NCBI GenBank assembly: GCA_964057225.1
Contig: OZ059900.1
Coordinates: forward strand, 434,001-498,000
Source: Auanema rhodensis
Lineage: Eukaryota; Animalia; Nematoda
Length of the DNA: 64,000 nt
Direction: 5' to 3'
The first letter of the stretch is position 1, and every line of letters starts with the position of its first letter. Under the pieces are notes generated by a model, which searched no databases, was not told the DNA's origin, and saw only the letters and a list, made by a program, of their open reading frames with translations. The position numbers and the translations under genes are program-made. Positions 13,547 to 28,900 of this stretch are shown here, one piece after another.

Positions 13547-16500
13547 GATCATATTCGTTAAGATTTGAAAATCAAACACACAATAAACAAAATCAGTCTA
13601 TTTTTATGAGTTTGCACTGATATATATTCATTTTGATCAAAAAAGGTCGAAAATAGAAAGATTTTTTGAATTTTCCGAGTTTTGAGTCCAATTGGGCTAA
13701 ATCGCTCATATATATGATCAAAAGCATAGTTTTATTGTCTATGACAACAAAAGTCATTAATTAAACACTAATGATGTTTAAATCACTAAATTTCGCTCAA
13801 ATAGCATTACTACACTAAGTATGGTCGTTTTTATGCCTTTAACACCATATACTCACCGATTTTTGGTACAAAATCTGTAATACTTGTAAATTTTGATCAT
13901 ATTCGTTAAGATTTGAAAATCAAACACACAATAAACAAAATCAGTCTATTTTTATGAGTTTGCACTGATATATATTCATTTTGATCAAAAAAGGTCGAAA
14001 ATAGAAAGATTTTTTGAATTTTCCGAGTTTTGAGTCCAATTGGGCTAAATCGCTCATATATATGATCAAAAGCATAGTTTTATTGTCTATGACAACAAAA
14101 GTCATTAATTAAACACTAATGATGTTTAAATCACTAAATTTCGCTCAAATAGCATTACTACACTAAGTATGGTCGTTTTTATGCCTTTAACACCATATAC
14201 TCACCGATTTTTGGTACAAAATCTGTAATACTTGTAAATTTTGATCATATTTGTTAAGATTTGAGAATCAAACACACAATACACAAAATCAGTCTATTTT
14301 TATGAGTTTGCACTGATATATATTCATTTTGATCAAAAAAGGTCGAAAATAGAAAGAATTTTTGAATTTTCCGAGTTTTGAGTCCAATTGGGCTAAATCG
14401 CTCATATATATGATCAAAAGCATAGTTTTATTGTCTATGACAACAAAAGTCATTAATTAAACACTAATGATGTTTAAATCACTAAATTTCGCTCAAATAG
14501 CATTACTACACTAAGTATGGTCGTTTTTATGCCTTTAACACCATATACTCACCGATTTTTGGTACAAAATCTGTAATACTCGTAAATTTTGATCATATTC
14601 GTTAAGATTTGAGAATCAAACACACAATACCCAAAATCAGTCTATTTTTATGAGCTTGCACTGATATATATTCATTTTGATCAAAAAAGGTCGAAAATAG
14701 AAAGAATTTTTGAATTTTCCGAGTTTTGAGTCCAATTGGGCTAAATCGCTCATATATATGATCAAAAGCATAGTTTTATTGTCTATGACAACAAAAGTCA
14801 TCAATTAAACGCTAGTGATGTTTAAATACTGATTTTCGCTCAAATAGCATTACTACACTAAGTATGGTCGTTTTTATGCCTTTAACACCATATACTCACC
14901 GATTTTTGGTACAAAATCTGTAATACTCGTAAATTTTGATCATATTCGTTAAGATTTGAGATTCAAACACACAATACACAAAATCAGTCTATTTTTATGA
15001 GCTTGCACTGATATATATTCATTTTGATCAAAAAAGGTCGAAAATAGAAAGAATTTTTGAAATTTCCGAGTTTTGAGTCCAATTTGGCTAAATCGCTCAT
15101 ATATATGATCAAAAGCATAGTTTTATTGTCTATAACAACAAAAGTCATCAATTAAACGCTAGTGATGTTTAAATACTGAATTTCGCTCAAATAGCATTAC
15201 TACACTAAGTATGGTCGTTTTTATGCCTTTAACACCATATACTCACCGATTTTTGGTACAAAATCTGTAATACTCGTAAATTTTGATCATATTCGTTAAG
15301 ATTTGAGAATCAAACACACAATACACGAAATCAGTCTATTTTTATGAGCTTGCACTGATATATATTCATTTTGATCAAAAAAGGTCGAAAATAGAAAGAA
15401 TTTTTGAATTTTCCTAGTTTTGAGTCCAATTGGGCTAAATCGCTCATATATATGATCAAAAGCATAGTTTTATTGTCTATGACAACAAAAGTCATTAATT
15501 AAACACTAATGATGTTTAAATCACTAAATTTCGCTCAAATAGCATTACTACACTAAGTATGGTCGTTTTTATGCCTTTAACACCATATACTCACCGATTT
15601 TTGGTACAAAATCTGTAATACTCGTAAATTTTGATCATATTCGTTAAGATTTGAGAATCAAACACACAATACACAAAATCAGTCTATTTTCATGAGCTTG
15701 CACTGATATAGATTCATTTTGATCAAAAAAGGTCGAAAATAGAAAGAATTTTTGAAATTTCCGAGTTTTGAGTCCAATTTGGCTGAATCGCTCATATATA
15801 TGATCAAAAGCATAGTTTTATTGTCTATAGCAACAAAAGTCATCAATTAAACGCTAGTGATGTTTAAATACTGAATTTCGCTCAAATAGCATTACTACAC
15901 TAAGTATGGTCGTTTTTATGCCTTTAACACCATATACTCACCGATTTTTGGTACAAAATCTGTAATACTCGTAAATTTTGATCATATTCGTTAAGATTTG
16001 AGAATCAAACACACAATACCCAAAATCAGTCTATTTTTATGAGCTTGCACTGATATATATTCATTTTGATCAAAAAAGGTCGAAAATAGAAAGAATTTTT
16101 GAATTTTCCGAGTTTTGAGTCCAATTGGGCTAAATCGCTCATATATATGATCAAAAGCATAGTTTTATTGTCTATAGCAACAAAAGTCATCAATTAAACG
16201 CTAGTGATGTTTAAATACTGAATTTTGCTCAAATAGCATTACTACACTAAGTATGGTCGTTTTTATGCCTTTAACACCATATACTCACCGATTTTTGGTA
16301 CAAAATCTGTAATACTTGTAAATTTTGATCATATTTGTTAAGATTTGAGAATCAAACACACAATACACAAAATCAGTCTATTTTTATGAGTTTGCACTGA
16401 TATATATTCATTTTGATCAAAAAAGGTCGAAAATAGAAAGAATTTTGGAAATGTCCGAGTTTTGAGTCCAATTTGGCTAAATCGCTCATATATATGATCA

Positions 16501-19106
16501 AAAGCATAGTTTTATTGTCTATAACAACAAAAGTCATCAATTAAACGCTAGTGATGTTTTAATACTGAATTTCGCTCAAATAGCATTACTACACTAAGTA
16601 TGGTCGTTTTTATGCCTTTAACACCATATACTCACCGATTTTCGGTACAAAATCTGTAATACTTGTAAATTTTGATCATATTTGTTAAGATTTGAGAATC
16701 AAACACACAATACACAAAATCAGTCTATTTTTATGAGTTTGCACTGATATATATTCATTTTGATCAAAAAAGGTCGAAAATAGAAAGAATTTTGGAAATG
16801 TCCGAGTTTTGAGTCCAATTTGGCTAAATCGCTCATATATATGATCAAAAGCATAGTTTTATTGTTTATAACAACAAAAGTCATCAATTAAACGCTAGTG
16901 ATGTTTAAATACTGAATTTCGCTCAAATAGCATAACTACACTAAGTATGGTCGTTTTTATGCCTTTAACACCATATACTCACCGATTTTTGGTACAAAAT
17001 CTGTAATACTCGTAAATTTTGATCATATTCGTTAAGATTTGAGAATCACTACATACAATACACGAAATCAGTCTATTTTTATGAGCTTGCACTGATATAT
17101 ATTCATTTTGATCAAAAAAGGTCGAAAATAGAAAGAATTTTTGAAATTTCCGAGTTTTGAGTCTAATTTGGCTAAATCGCTCATATATATGATCAGAAGC
17201 ATAGTTTTGTTGTCTATGACAACAAAAGTCATCAATTAAACGCTAGTGATGTTTAAATACTGATTTTCGCTCAAATAGCATTACTACACTAAGTATGGTC
17301 GTTTTTATGCCTTTAACACCATATACTCACCGATTTTTGGTACAAAATCTGTAATACTCGTAAATTTTGATCATATTCGTTAAGATTTGAGAATCAAACA
17401 CACAATACACAAAATCAGTCTATTTTTATGAGTTTGCACTGATATATATTCATTTTGATCAAAAAAGGTCGAAAATAGAAAGAATTTTTGAAATTTCCGA
17501 GTTTTGAGTCCAATTTGGCTAAATCGCTCATATATATGATCAAAAGCATAGTTTTATTGTCTATAACAACAAAAGTCATCAATTAAACGCTAGTGATGTT
17601 TAAATACTGAATTTCGCTCAAATAGCATAACTACACTAAGTATGGTCGTTTTTATGCCTTTAACACCATATACTCACCGATTTTTGGTACAAAATCTGTA
17701 ATACTCGTAAATTTTGATCATATTCGTTAAGATTTGAGAATCAAACATACAATACACAAAATCAGTCTATTTTTATGAGCTTGCACTGATATATATTCAT
17801 TTTGATCAAAAAAGGTCGAAAATAGAAAGAATTTTTGAAATTTCCGAGTTTTGAGTCCAATTTGGCTGAATTGCTCATATATATGATCAAAAGCATAGTT
17901 TCATTGTCTATAACAACAAAAGTCATCAATTAAACGCTAGTGATGTTTTAATACTGAATTTCGCTCAAATAGCATTACTACACTAAGTATGGTCGTTTTT
18001 ATGCCTTTAACACCATATACTCACCGATTTTTGGTACAAAATCTGTAATACTCGTAAATTTTGATCATATTCGTTAAGATTTGAAAATCAAACACACAAT
18101 AAACAAAATCAGTCTATTTTTATGAGTTTGCACTGATATATATTCATTTTGATCAAAAAAGGTCGAAAATAGAAAGATTTTTTGAATTTTCCGAGTTTTG
18201 AGTCCAATTGGGCTAAATCGCTCATATATATGATCAAAAGCATAGTTTTATTGTCTATGACAACAAAAGTCATTAATTAAACACTAATGATGTTTAAATC
18301 ACTAAATTTAGCTCAAATAGCATTACTACACTAAGTATGGTCGTTTTTATGCCTTTAACACCATATACTCACCGATTTTTGGTACAAAATCTGTAATACT
18401 TGTAAATTTTGATCATATTCGTTAAGATTTGAAAATCAAACACACAATAAACAAAATCAGTCTATTTTTATGAGTTTGCACTGATATATATTCATTTTGA
18501 TCAAAAAAGGTCGAAAATAGAAAGATTTTTTGAATTTTCCGAGTTTTGAGTCCAATTGGGCTAAATCGCTCATATATATGATCAAAAGCATAGTTTTATT
18601 GTCTATGACAACAAAAGTCATTAATTGAACACTAATGATGTTTAAATCACTAAATTTCGCTCAAATAGCATTACTATACTAAGTATGGTCGTTTTTATGC
18701 CTTTAACACCATATACTCACCGATTTTTGGTACAAAATCTGTAATACTTGTAAATTTTGATCATATTTGTTAAGATTTGAGAATCAAACACACAATACAC
18801 AAAATCAGTCTATTTTTATGAGTTTGCACTGATATATATTCATTTTGATCAAAAAAGGTCGAAAATAGAAAGAATTTTTGAATTTTCCGAGTTTTGAGTC
18901 CAATTGGGCTAAATCGCTCATATATATGATCAAAAGCATAGTTTTATTGTCTATGACAACAAAAGTCATTAATTAAACACTAATGATGTTTAAATCACTA
19001 AATTTCGCTCAAATAGCATTACTACACTAAGTATGGTCGTTTTTATGCCTTTAACACCATATACTCACCGATTTTTGGTACAAAATCTGTAATACTCGTA
19101 AATTTT

Positions 19107-22100
19107 GATCATATTCGTTAAGATTTGAGAATCAAACACACAATACCCAAAATCAGTCTATTTTTATGAGCTTGCACTGATATATATTCATTTTGATCAA
19201 AAAAGGTCGAAAATAGAAAGAATTTTTGAAATTTCCGAGTTTTGAGTCCAATTTGGCTAAATCGCTCATATATATGATCAAAAGCATAGTTTCATTGTCT
19301 ATAACAACAAAAGTCATCAATTAAACGCTAGTGATGTTTTAATACTGAATTTCGCTCAAATAGCATAACTACACTAAGTATGGTCGTTTTTATGCCTTTA
19401 ACACCATATACTCACCGATTTTTGGTACAAAATCTGTAATACTCGTAAATTTTGATCATATTCGTTAAGATTTGAGAATCAAACATACAATACACAAAAT
19501 CAGTCTATTTTTATGAGCTTGCACTGATATATATTCATTTTGATCAAAAAAGGTCGAAAATAGAAAGAATTTTTGAAATTTCCGAGTTTTGAGTCTAATT
19601 TGGCTAAATCGCTCATATATATGATCAGAAGCATAGTTTTATTGTCTATGACAACAAAAGTCATCAATTAAACGCTAGTGATGTTTAAATACTGATTTTC
19701 GCTCAAATAGCATTACTACACTAAGTATGGTCGTTTTTATGCCTTTAACACCATATACTCACCGATTTTTGGTACAAAATCTGTAATACTCGTAAATTTT
19801 GATCATATTCGTTAAGATTTGAGAATCAAACATACAATACACAAAATCAGTCTATTTTTATGAGCTTGCACTGATATATATTCATTTTGATCAAAAAAGG
19901 TCGAAAATAGAAAGAATTTTTGAAATTTCCGAGTTTTGAGTCCAATTTGGCTAAATCGCTCATATATATGATCAAAAGCATAGTTTTATTGTCTATAACA
20001 ACAAAAGTCATCAATTAAACGCTAGTGATGTTTAAATACTGAATTTCGCTCAAATAGCATAACTACACTAAGTATGGTCGTTTTTATGCCTTTAACACCA
20101 TATACTCACCGATTTTTGGTACAAAATCTGTAATACTCGTAAATTTTGATCATATTCGTTAAGATTTGAGAATCAAACACACAATACACAAAATCAGTCT
20201 ATTTTTATGAGCTTGCACTGATATATATTCATTTTGATCAAAAAAGGTCGAAAATAGAAAGAATTTTTGAAATTTCCGAGTTTTGAGTCCAATTTGGCTG
20301 AATCGCTCATATATATGATCAAAAGCATAGTTTTATTGTCTATAACAACAAAAGTCATCAATTAAACGCTAGTGATGTTTTAATACTGAATTTCGCTCAA
20401 ATAGCATTACTACACTAAGTATGGTCGTTTTTATGCCTTTAACACCATATACTCACCGATTTTTGGTACAAAATCTGTAATACTCGTAAATTTTGATCAT
20501 ATTCGTTAAGATTTGAGAATCAAACACACAATACACAAAATCAGTCTATTTTTATGAGCTTGCACTGATATATATTCATTTTGATCAAAAAAGGTCGAAA
20601 ATAGAAAGAATTTTTGAATTTTCCGAGTTTTGAGTCCAATTGGGCTAAATCGCTCATATATAAGATCAAAAGCATAGTTTTATTGTCTATGACAACAAAA
20701 GTCATTAATTAAACACTAATGATGTTTAAATCACTAAATTTCGCTCAAATAGCATTACTACACTAAGTATGGTCGTTTTTATGCCTTTAACACCATACAC
20801 TCACCGATTTTTGGTACAAAATCTGTAATACTCGTAAATTTTGATCATATTCGTTAAGATTTGAGAATCAAACACACAATACCCAAAATCAGTCTATTTT
20901 TATGAGCTTGCACTGATATATATTCATTTTGATCAAAAAAGGTCGAAAATAGAAAGAATTTTTGAAATTTCCGAGTTTTGAGTCCAATTTGGCTAAATCG
21001 CTCATATATATGATCAAAAGCATAGTTTCATTGTCTATAACAACAAAAGTCATCAATTAAACGCTAGTGATGTTTTAATACTGAATTTCGCTCAAATAGC
21101 ATAACTACACTAAGTATGGTCGTTTTTATGCCTTTAACACCATATACTCACCGATTTTTGGTACAAAATCTGTAATACTCGTAAATTTTGATCATATTCG
21201 TTAAGATTTGAGAATCAAACATACAATACACAAAATCAGTCTATTTTTATGAGCTTGCACTGATATATATTCATTTTGATCAAAAAAGGTCGAAAATAGA
21301 AAGAATTTTTGAAATTTCCGAGTTTTGAGTCTAATTTGGCTAAATCGCTCATATATATGATCAGAAGCATAGTTTTATTGTCTATGACAACAAAAGTCAT
21401 CAATTAAACGCTAGTGATGTTTAAATACTGATTTTCGCTCAAATAGCATTACTACACTAAGTATGGTCGTTTTTATGCCTTTAACACCATATACTCACCG
21501 ATTTTTGGTACAAAATCTGTAATACTCGTAAATTTTGATCATATTCGTTAAGATTTGAGAATCAAACACTCAATACACAAAATCAGTCTATTTTTATGAG
21601 CTTGCACTGATATATATTCATTTTGATCAAAAAAGGTCGAAAATAGAAAGAATTTTTGAAATTTCCGAGTTTTGAGTCCAATTTGGCTAAATCGCTCATA
21701 TATATGATCAAAAGCATAGTTTTATTGTCTATAACAACAAAAGTCATCAATTAAACGCTAGTGATGTTTAAATACTGAATTTCGCTCAAATAGCATAACT
21801 ACACTAAGTATGGTCGTTTTTATGCCTTTAACACCATATACTCACCGATTTTTGGTACAAAATCTGTAATACTCGTAAATTTTGATCATATTCGTTAAGA
21901 TTTGAGAATCAAACACACAATACACAAAATCAGTCTATTTTTATGAGCTTGCACTGATATATATTCATTTTGATCAAAAAAGGTCGAAAATAGAAAGAAT
22001 TTTTGAAATTTCCGAGTTTTGAGTCCAATTTGGCTGAATCGCTCATATATATGATCAAAAGCATAGTTTTATTGTCTATAACAACAAAAGTCATCAATTA

Positions 22101-22925
22101 AACGCTAGTGATGTTTTAATACTGAATTTCGCTCAAATAGCATTACTACACTAAGTATGGTCGTTTTTATGCCTTTAACACCATATACTCACCGATTTTT
22201 GGTACAAAATCTGTAATACTCGTAAATTTTGATCATATTCGTTAAGATTTGAGAATCAAACACACAATACACAAAATCAGTCTATTTTTATGAGCTTGCA
22301 CTGATATATATTCATTTTGATCAAAAAAGGTCGAAAATAGAAAGAATTTTTGAATTTTCCGAGTTTTGAGTCCAATTGGGCTAAATCGCTCATATATATG
22401 ATCAAAAGCATAGTTTTATTGTCTATGACAACAAAAGTCATTAATTAAACACTAATGATGTTTAAATCACTAAATTTCGCTCAAATAGCATTACTACACT
22501 AAGTATGGTCGTTTTTATGCCTTTAACACCATACACTCACCGATTTTTGGTACAAAATCTGTAATACTCGTAAATTTTGATCATATTCGTTAAGATTTGA
22601 GAATCAAACACACAATACCCAAAATCAGTCTATTTTTATGAGCTTGCACTGATATATATTCATTTTGATCAAAAAAGGTCGAAAATAGAAAGAATTTTTG
22701 AAATTTCCGAGTTTTGAGTCCAATTTGGCTAAATCGCTCATATATATGATCAAAAGCATAGTTTCATTGTCTATAACAACAAAAGTCATCAATTAAACGC
22801 TAGTGATGTTTTAATACTGAATTTCGCTCAAATAGCATTACTACACTAAGTATGGTCGTTTTTATGCCTTTAACACTATATACTCACCGATTTTTGGTAC
22901 AAAATCTGTAATACTTGTAAATTTT
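19107..22925 (+). repeat. Local higher-order repeat, 5 monomers, period 1736 bp (~2.2 copies)
   Basis: The ATACCCAAAA variant (CCC at 19146/20882/22618) and the CATACAC variant (20794/22530) are spaced 1736 bp apart. Confidence 0.88.
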
Positions 22926-25900
22926 GTTCATATTTGTTAAGATTTGAGAATCAAACATACAATACACGAAATCAGTCTATTTTTATGAGCTTGCACTGAT
23001 ATATATTCATTTTGATCAAAAAAGGTCGAAAATAGAAAGAATTTTTGAAATTTCCGAGTTTTGAGTCTAATTTGGCTAAATCGCTCATATATATGATCAG
23101 AAGCATAGTTTTATTGTCTATGACAACAAAAGTCATCAATTAAACGCTAGTGATGTTCAAATACTGATTTTCGCTCGAATAGCATTACTACACTAAGTAT
23201 GGTCGTTTTTATGCCTTTAACACCATATACTCACCGATTTTTGGTACAAAATCTGTAATACTCGTAAATTTTGATCATATTCGTTAAGATTTGAGAATCA
23301 AACACACAATACACAAAATCAGTCTATTTTTATGAGCTTGCACTGATATATATTCATTTTGATCAAAAAAGGTCGAAAATAGAAAGAATTTTTGAAATTT
23401 CCGAGTTTTGAGTCCAATTTGGCTAAATCGCTCATATATATGATCAAAAGCATAGTTTTATTGTCTATAACAACAAAAGTCATCAATTAAACGCTAGTGA
23501 TGTTTAAATACTGAATTTCGCTCAAATAGCATTACTACACTAAGTATGGTCGTTTTTATGCCTTTAACACCATATACTCACCGATTTTTGGTACAAAATC
23601 TGTAATACTCGTAAATTTTGATCATATTCGTTAAGATTTGAGAATCAAACACACAATACACAAAATCAGTCTATTTTTATGAGCTTGCACTGATATATAT
23701 TCATTTTGATCAAAAAAGGTCGAAAATAGAAAGAATTTTTGAATTTTCCGAGTTTTGAGTCCAATTGGGCTAAATCGCTCATTTATATGATCAAAAGCAT
23801 AGTTTTATTGTCTATGACAACAAAAGTCATTAATTAAACACTAATGATGTTTAAATCACTAAATTTCGCTCAAATAGCATTACTACACTAAGTATGGTCG
23901 TTTTTATGCCTTTAACACCATATACTCACCGATTTTTGGTACAAAATCTGTAATACTCGTAAATTTTGATCATATTCGTTAAGATTTGAGAATCAAACAC
24001 ACAATACACAAAATCAGTCTATTTTTATGAGCTTGCACTGATATATATTCATTTTGATCAAAAAAGGTCGAAAATAGAAAGAATTTTTGAAATTTCCGAG
24101 TTTTGAGTCCAATTTGGCTGAATCGCTCATATATATGATCAAAAGCATAGTTTTATCGTCTATAACAACAAAAGTCATCAATTAAACGCTAGTGATGTTT
24201 TAATACTGAATTTCGCTCAAATAGCATTACTACACTAAGTATGGTCGTTTTTATGCCTTTAACACCATATACTCACCGATTTTTGGTACAAAATCTGTAA
24301 TACTCGTAAATTTTGATCATATTCGTTAAGATTTGAAAATCAAACACACAATAAACAAAATCAGTCTATTTTTATGAGTTTGCACTGATATATATTCATT
24401 TTGATCAAAAAAGGTCGAAAATAGAAAGAATTTTTGAATTTTCCGAGTTTTGAGTCCAATTGGGCTAAATCGCTCATATATATGATCAAAAGCATAGTTT
24501 TATTGTCTATGACAACAAAAGTCATTAATTAAACACTAATGATGTTTAAATCACTAAATTTCGCTCAAATAGCATTACTACACTAAGTATGGTCGTTTTT
24601 ATGCCTTTAACACCATATACTCACCGATTTTTGGTACAAAATCTGTAATACTCGTAAATTTTGATCATATTCGTTAAGATTGGAGAATCAAACACACAAT
24701 ACACAAAATCAGTCTCTTTTTATGAGCTTGCACTGATATATATTCATTTTGATCAAAAAAGGTCGAAAATAGAAAGAATTTTTGAAATTTCCGAGTTTTG
24801 AGTCCAATTTGGCTAAATCGCTCATATATATGATCAAAAGCATAGTTTTATTGTCTATGATAACAAAAGTCTTCAAATATACACTAATAATGATTAAATC
24901 ACTGAATTTCAGTCAAATAGCATTACTACACTAAGTATGGTCGTTTTTATGCCTTTAACACCATATACTCACCGATTTTTGGTACAAAATCTGTAATACT
25001 TGTAAATTTTGATCATATTTGTTAAGATTTGAGAATCAAACACACAATACACAAAATCAGTCTATTTTTATGAGTTTGCACTGATATATATTCATTTTGA
25101 TCAAAAAAGGTCGAAAATAGAAAGAATTTTTGAAATTTCCGAGTTTTGAGTCTAATTTGGCTAAATCGCTCATATATATGATCAAAAGCATAGTTTTATT
25201 GTCTATGACAACAAAAGTCATTAATTAAACACCAATGATGTTTAAATCACTAAATTTCGCTCAAATAGCATTACTACACTAAGTATGGTCGTTTTTATGC
25301 CTTTAACACCATATACTCACCGATTTTTGGTACAAAATCTGTAATACTCGTAAATTTTGATCATATTCGTTAAGATTTGAGAATCAAACACACAATACAC
25401 AAAATCAGTCTATTTTTATGATCTTGCACTGATATATATTCATTTTGATCAAAAAAGGTCGAAAATAGAAAGAATTTTTGAAATTTCCGAGTTTTGAGTC
25501 CAATTTGGCTGAATTGCTCATATATATGATCAAAAGCATAGTTTTATTGTCTATAACAACAAAAGTCATCAATTAAACGCTAGTGATGTTTTAATACTGA
25601 ATTTCGCTCAAATAGCATTACTACACTAAGTATGGTCGTTTTTATGCCTTTAACACCATATACTCACCGATTTTTGGTACAAAATCTGTAATACTCGTAA
25701 ATTTTGATCATATTCGTTAAAATTTGAAAATCAAACACACAATAAACAAAATCAGTCTATTTTTATGAGTTTGCACTGATATATATTCATTTTGATCAAA
25801 AAAGGTCGAAAATAGAAAGATTTTTTGAATTTTCCGAGTTTTGAGTCCAATTTGGCTAAATCGCTCATATATATGATCAAAAGCATAGTTTTATTGTCTA

Positions 25901-28900
25901 TGACAACAAAAGTCATTAATTAAACACTAATGATGTTTAAATCACTAAATTTCGCTCAAATAGCATTACTACACTAAGTATGGTCGTTTTTATGCCTTTA
26001 ACACCATATACTCACCGATTTTTGGTACAAAATCTGTAATACTCGTAAATTTTGATCATATTCGTTAAAATTTGAAAATCAAACACACAATAAACAAAAT
26101 CAGTCTATTTTTATGAGTTTGCACTGATATATATTCATTTTGATCAAAAAAGGTCGAAAATAGAAAGATTTTTTGAATTTTCCGAGTTTTGAGTCCAATT
26201 TGGCTAAATCGCTCATATATATGATCAAAAGCATAGTTTTATTGTCTATGACAACAAAAGTCATTAATTAAACACTAATGATGTTTAAATCACTAAATTT
26301 CGCTCAAATAGCATTACTACACTAAGTATGGTCGTTTTTATGCCTTTAACACCATATACTCACCGATTTTTGGTACAAAATCTGTAATACTTGTAAATTT
26401 TGATCATATTTGTTAAGATTTGAGAATCAAACACACAATACACAAAATCAGTCTATTTTTATGAGTTTGCACTGATATATATTCATTTTGATCAAAAAAG
26501 GTCGAAAATAGAAAGAATTTTGGAAATGTCCGAGTTTTGAGTCCAATTTGGCTAAATCGCTCATATATATGATCAAAAGCATAGTTTTATTGTCTATAAC
26601 AACAAAAGTCATCAATTAAACGCTAGTGATGTTTAAATACTGAATTTCGCTCAAATAGCATAACTACACTAAGTATGGTCGTTTTTATGCCTTTAACACC
26701 ATATACTCACCGATTTTTGGTACAAAATCTGTAATACTCGTAAATTTTGATCATATTCGTTAAGATTTGAGAATCAAACATACAATACACGAAATCAGTC
26801 TATTTTTATGAGCTTGCACTGATATATATTCATTTTGATCAAAAAAGGTCGAAAATAGAAAGAATTTTTGAAATTTCCGAGTTTTGAGTCTAATTTGGCT
26901 AAATCGCTCATATATATGATCAGAAGCATAGTTTTGTTGTCTATGACAACAAAAGTCATCAATTAAACGCTAGTGATGTTTAAATACTGATTTTCGCTCA
27001 AATAGCATTACTACACTAAGTATGGTCGTTTTTATGCCTTTAACACCATATACTCACCGATTTTTGGTACAAAATCTGTAATACTCGTAAATTTTGATCA
27101 TACTCGTTAAGATTTGAGAATCAAACACACAATACACAAAATCAGTCTATTTTTATGAGCTTGCACTGATATATATTCATTTTGATCAAAAAAGGTCGAA
27201 AATAGAAAGAATTTTTGAAATTTCCGAGTTTTGAGTCCAATTTGGCTGAATTGCTCATATATATGATCAAAAGCATAGTTTTATTGTCTATAACAACAAA
27301 AGTCATCAATTAAACGCTAGTGATGTTTTAATACTGAATTTCGCTCAAATAGCATTACTACACTAAGTATGGTCGTTTTTATGCCTTTAACACCATATAC
27401 TCACCGATTTTTGGTACAAAATCTGTAATACTCGTAAATTTTGATCATATTCGTTAAGATTTGAAAATCAAACACACAATAAACAAAATCAGTCTATTTT
27501 TATGAGTTTGCACTGATATATATTCATTTTGATCAAAAAAGGTCGAAAATAGAAAGATTTTTTGAATTTTCCGAGTTTTGAGCCCAATTGGGCTAAATCG
27601 CTCATATATATGATCAAAAGCATAGTTTTATTGTCTATAACAACAAAAGTCATCAATTAAACGCTAGTGATGTTTAAATACTGAATTTCGCTCAAATAGC
27701 ATTACTACACTAAGTATGGTCGTTTTTATGCCTTTAACACCATATACTCACCGATTTTTGGTACAAAATCTGTAATACTCGTAAATTTTGATCATATTCG
27801 TTAAGATTCGAGAATCAAACATACAATACACGAAATCAGTCTATTTTTATGAGCTTGCACTGATATATATTCATTTTGATCAAAAAAGGTCGAAAATAGA
27901 AAGAATTTTTGAAATTTCCGAGTTTTGAGTCTAATTTGGCTAAATCGCTCATATATATGATCAGAAGCAAAGTTTTATTGTCTATGATAACAAAAGTCAT
28001 CAATTAAACGCTAGTGATGTTTAAATACTGAATTTCGCTCAAATAGCATTACTACACTAAGTATGGTCGTTTTTATGCCTATAACACCATATACTCACCG
28101 ATTTTTGGTACAAAATCTGTAATACTCGTAAATTTTGATCATATTCGTTAAGATTTGAGAATCAAACATACAATACACGGAATCAGTCTATTTTTATGAG
28201 CTTGCACTGATATATATTCATTTTGATCAAAAAAGGTCGAAAATAGAAAGAATTTTGGAAATGTCCGAGTTTTGAGTCCAATTTGGCTAAATCGCTCATA
28301 TATATAATCAAAAGCATAGTTTTATTGTCTATAACAACAAAAGTCATCAATTAAACGCTAGTGATGTTTAAATACTGAATTTCGCTCAAATAGCATTACT
28401 ACACTAAGTATGGTCGTTTTTATGCCTTTAACATTATATACTCACCGATTTTTGGTACAAAATCTGTAATACTCGTAAATTTTGATCATATTCGTTAAGA
28501 TTCGAGAATCAAACATACAATACACGAAATCAGTCTATTTTTATGAGCTTGCACTGATATATATTCATTTTGATCAAAAAAGGTCGAAAATAGAAAGAAT
28601 TTTTGAAATTTCCGAGTTTTGAGTCTAATTTGGCTAAATCGCTCATATATATGATCAGAAGCAAAGTTTTATTGTCTATGATAACAAAAGTCATCAATTA
28701 AACGCTAGTGATGTTTGAATACTGAATTTCGCTCAAATAGCATTACTACACTAAGTATGGTCGTTTTTATGCCTTTAACACCATATACTCACCGATTTTT
28801 GGTACAAAATCTGTAATACTCGTAAATTTTGATCATATTCGTTAAGATTCGAGAATCAAACATACAATACACGAAATCAGTCTATTTTTATGAGCTTGCA

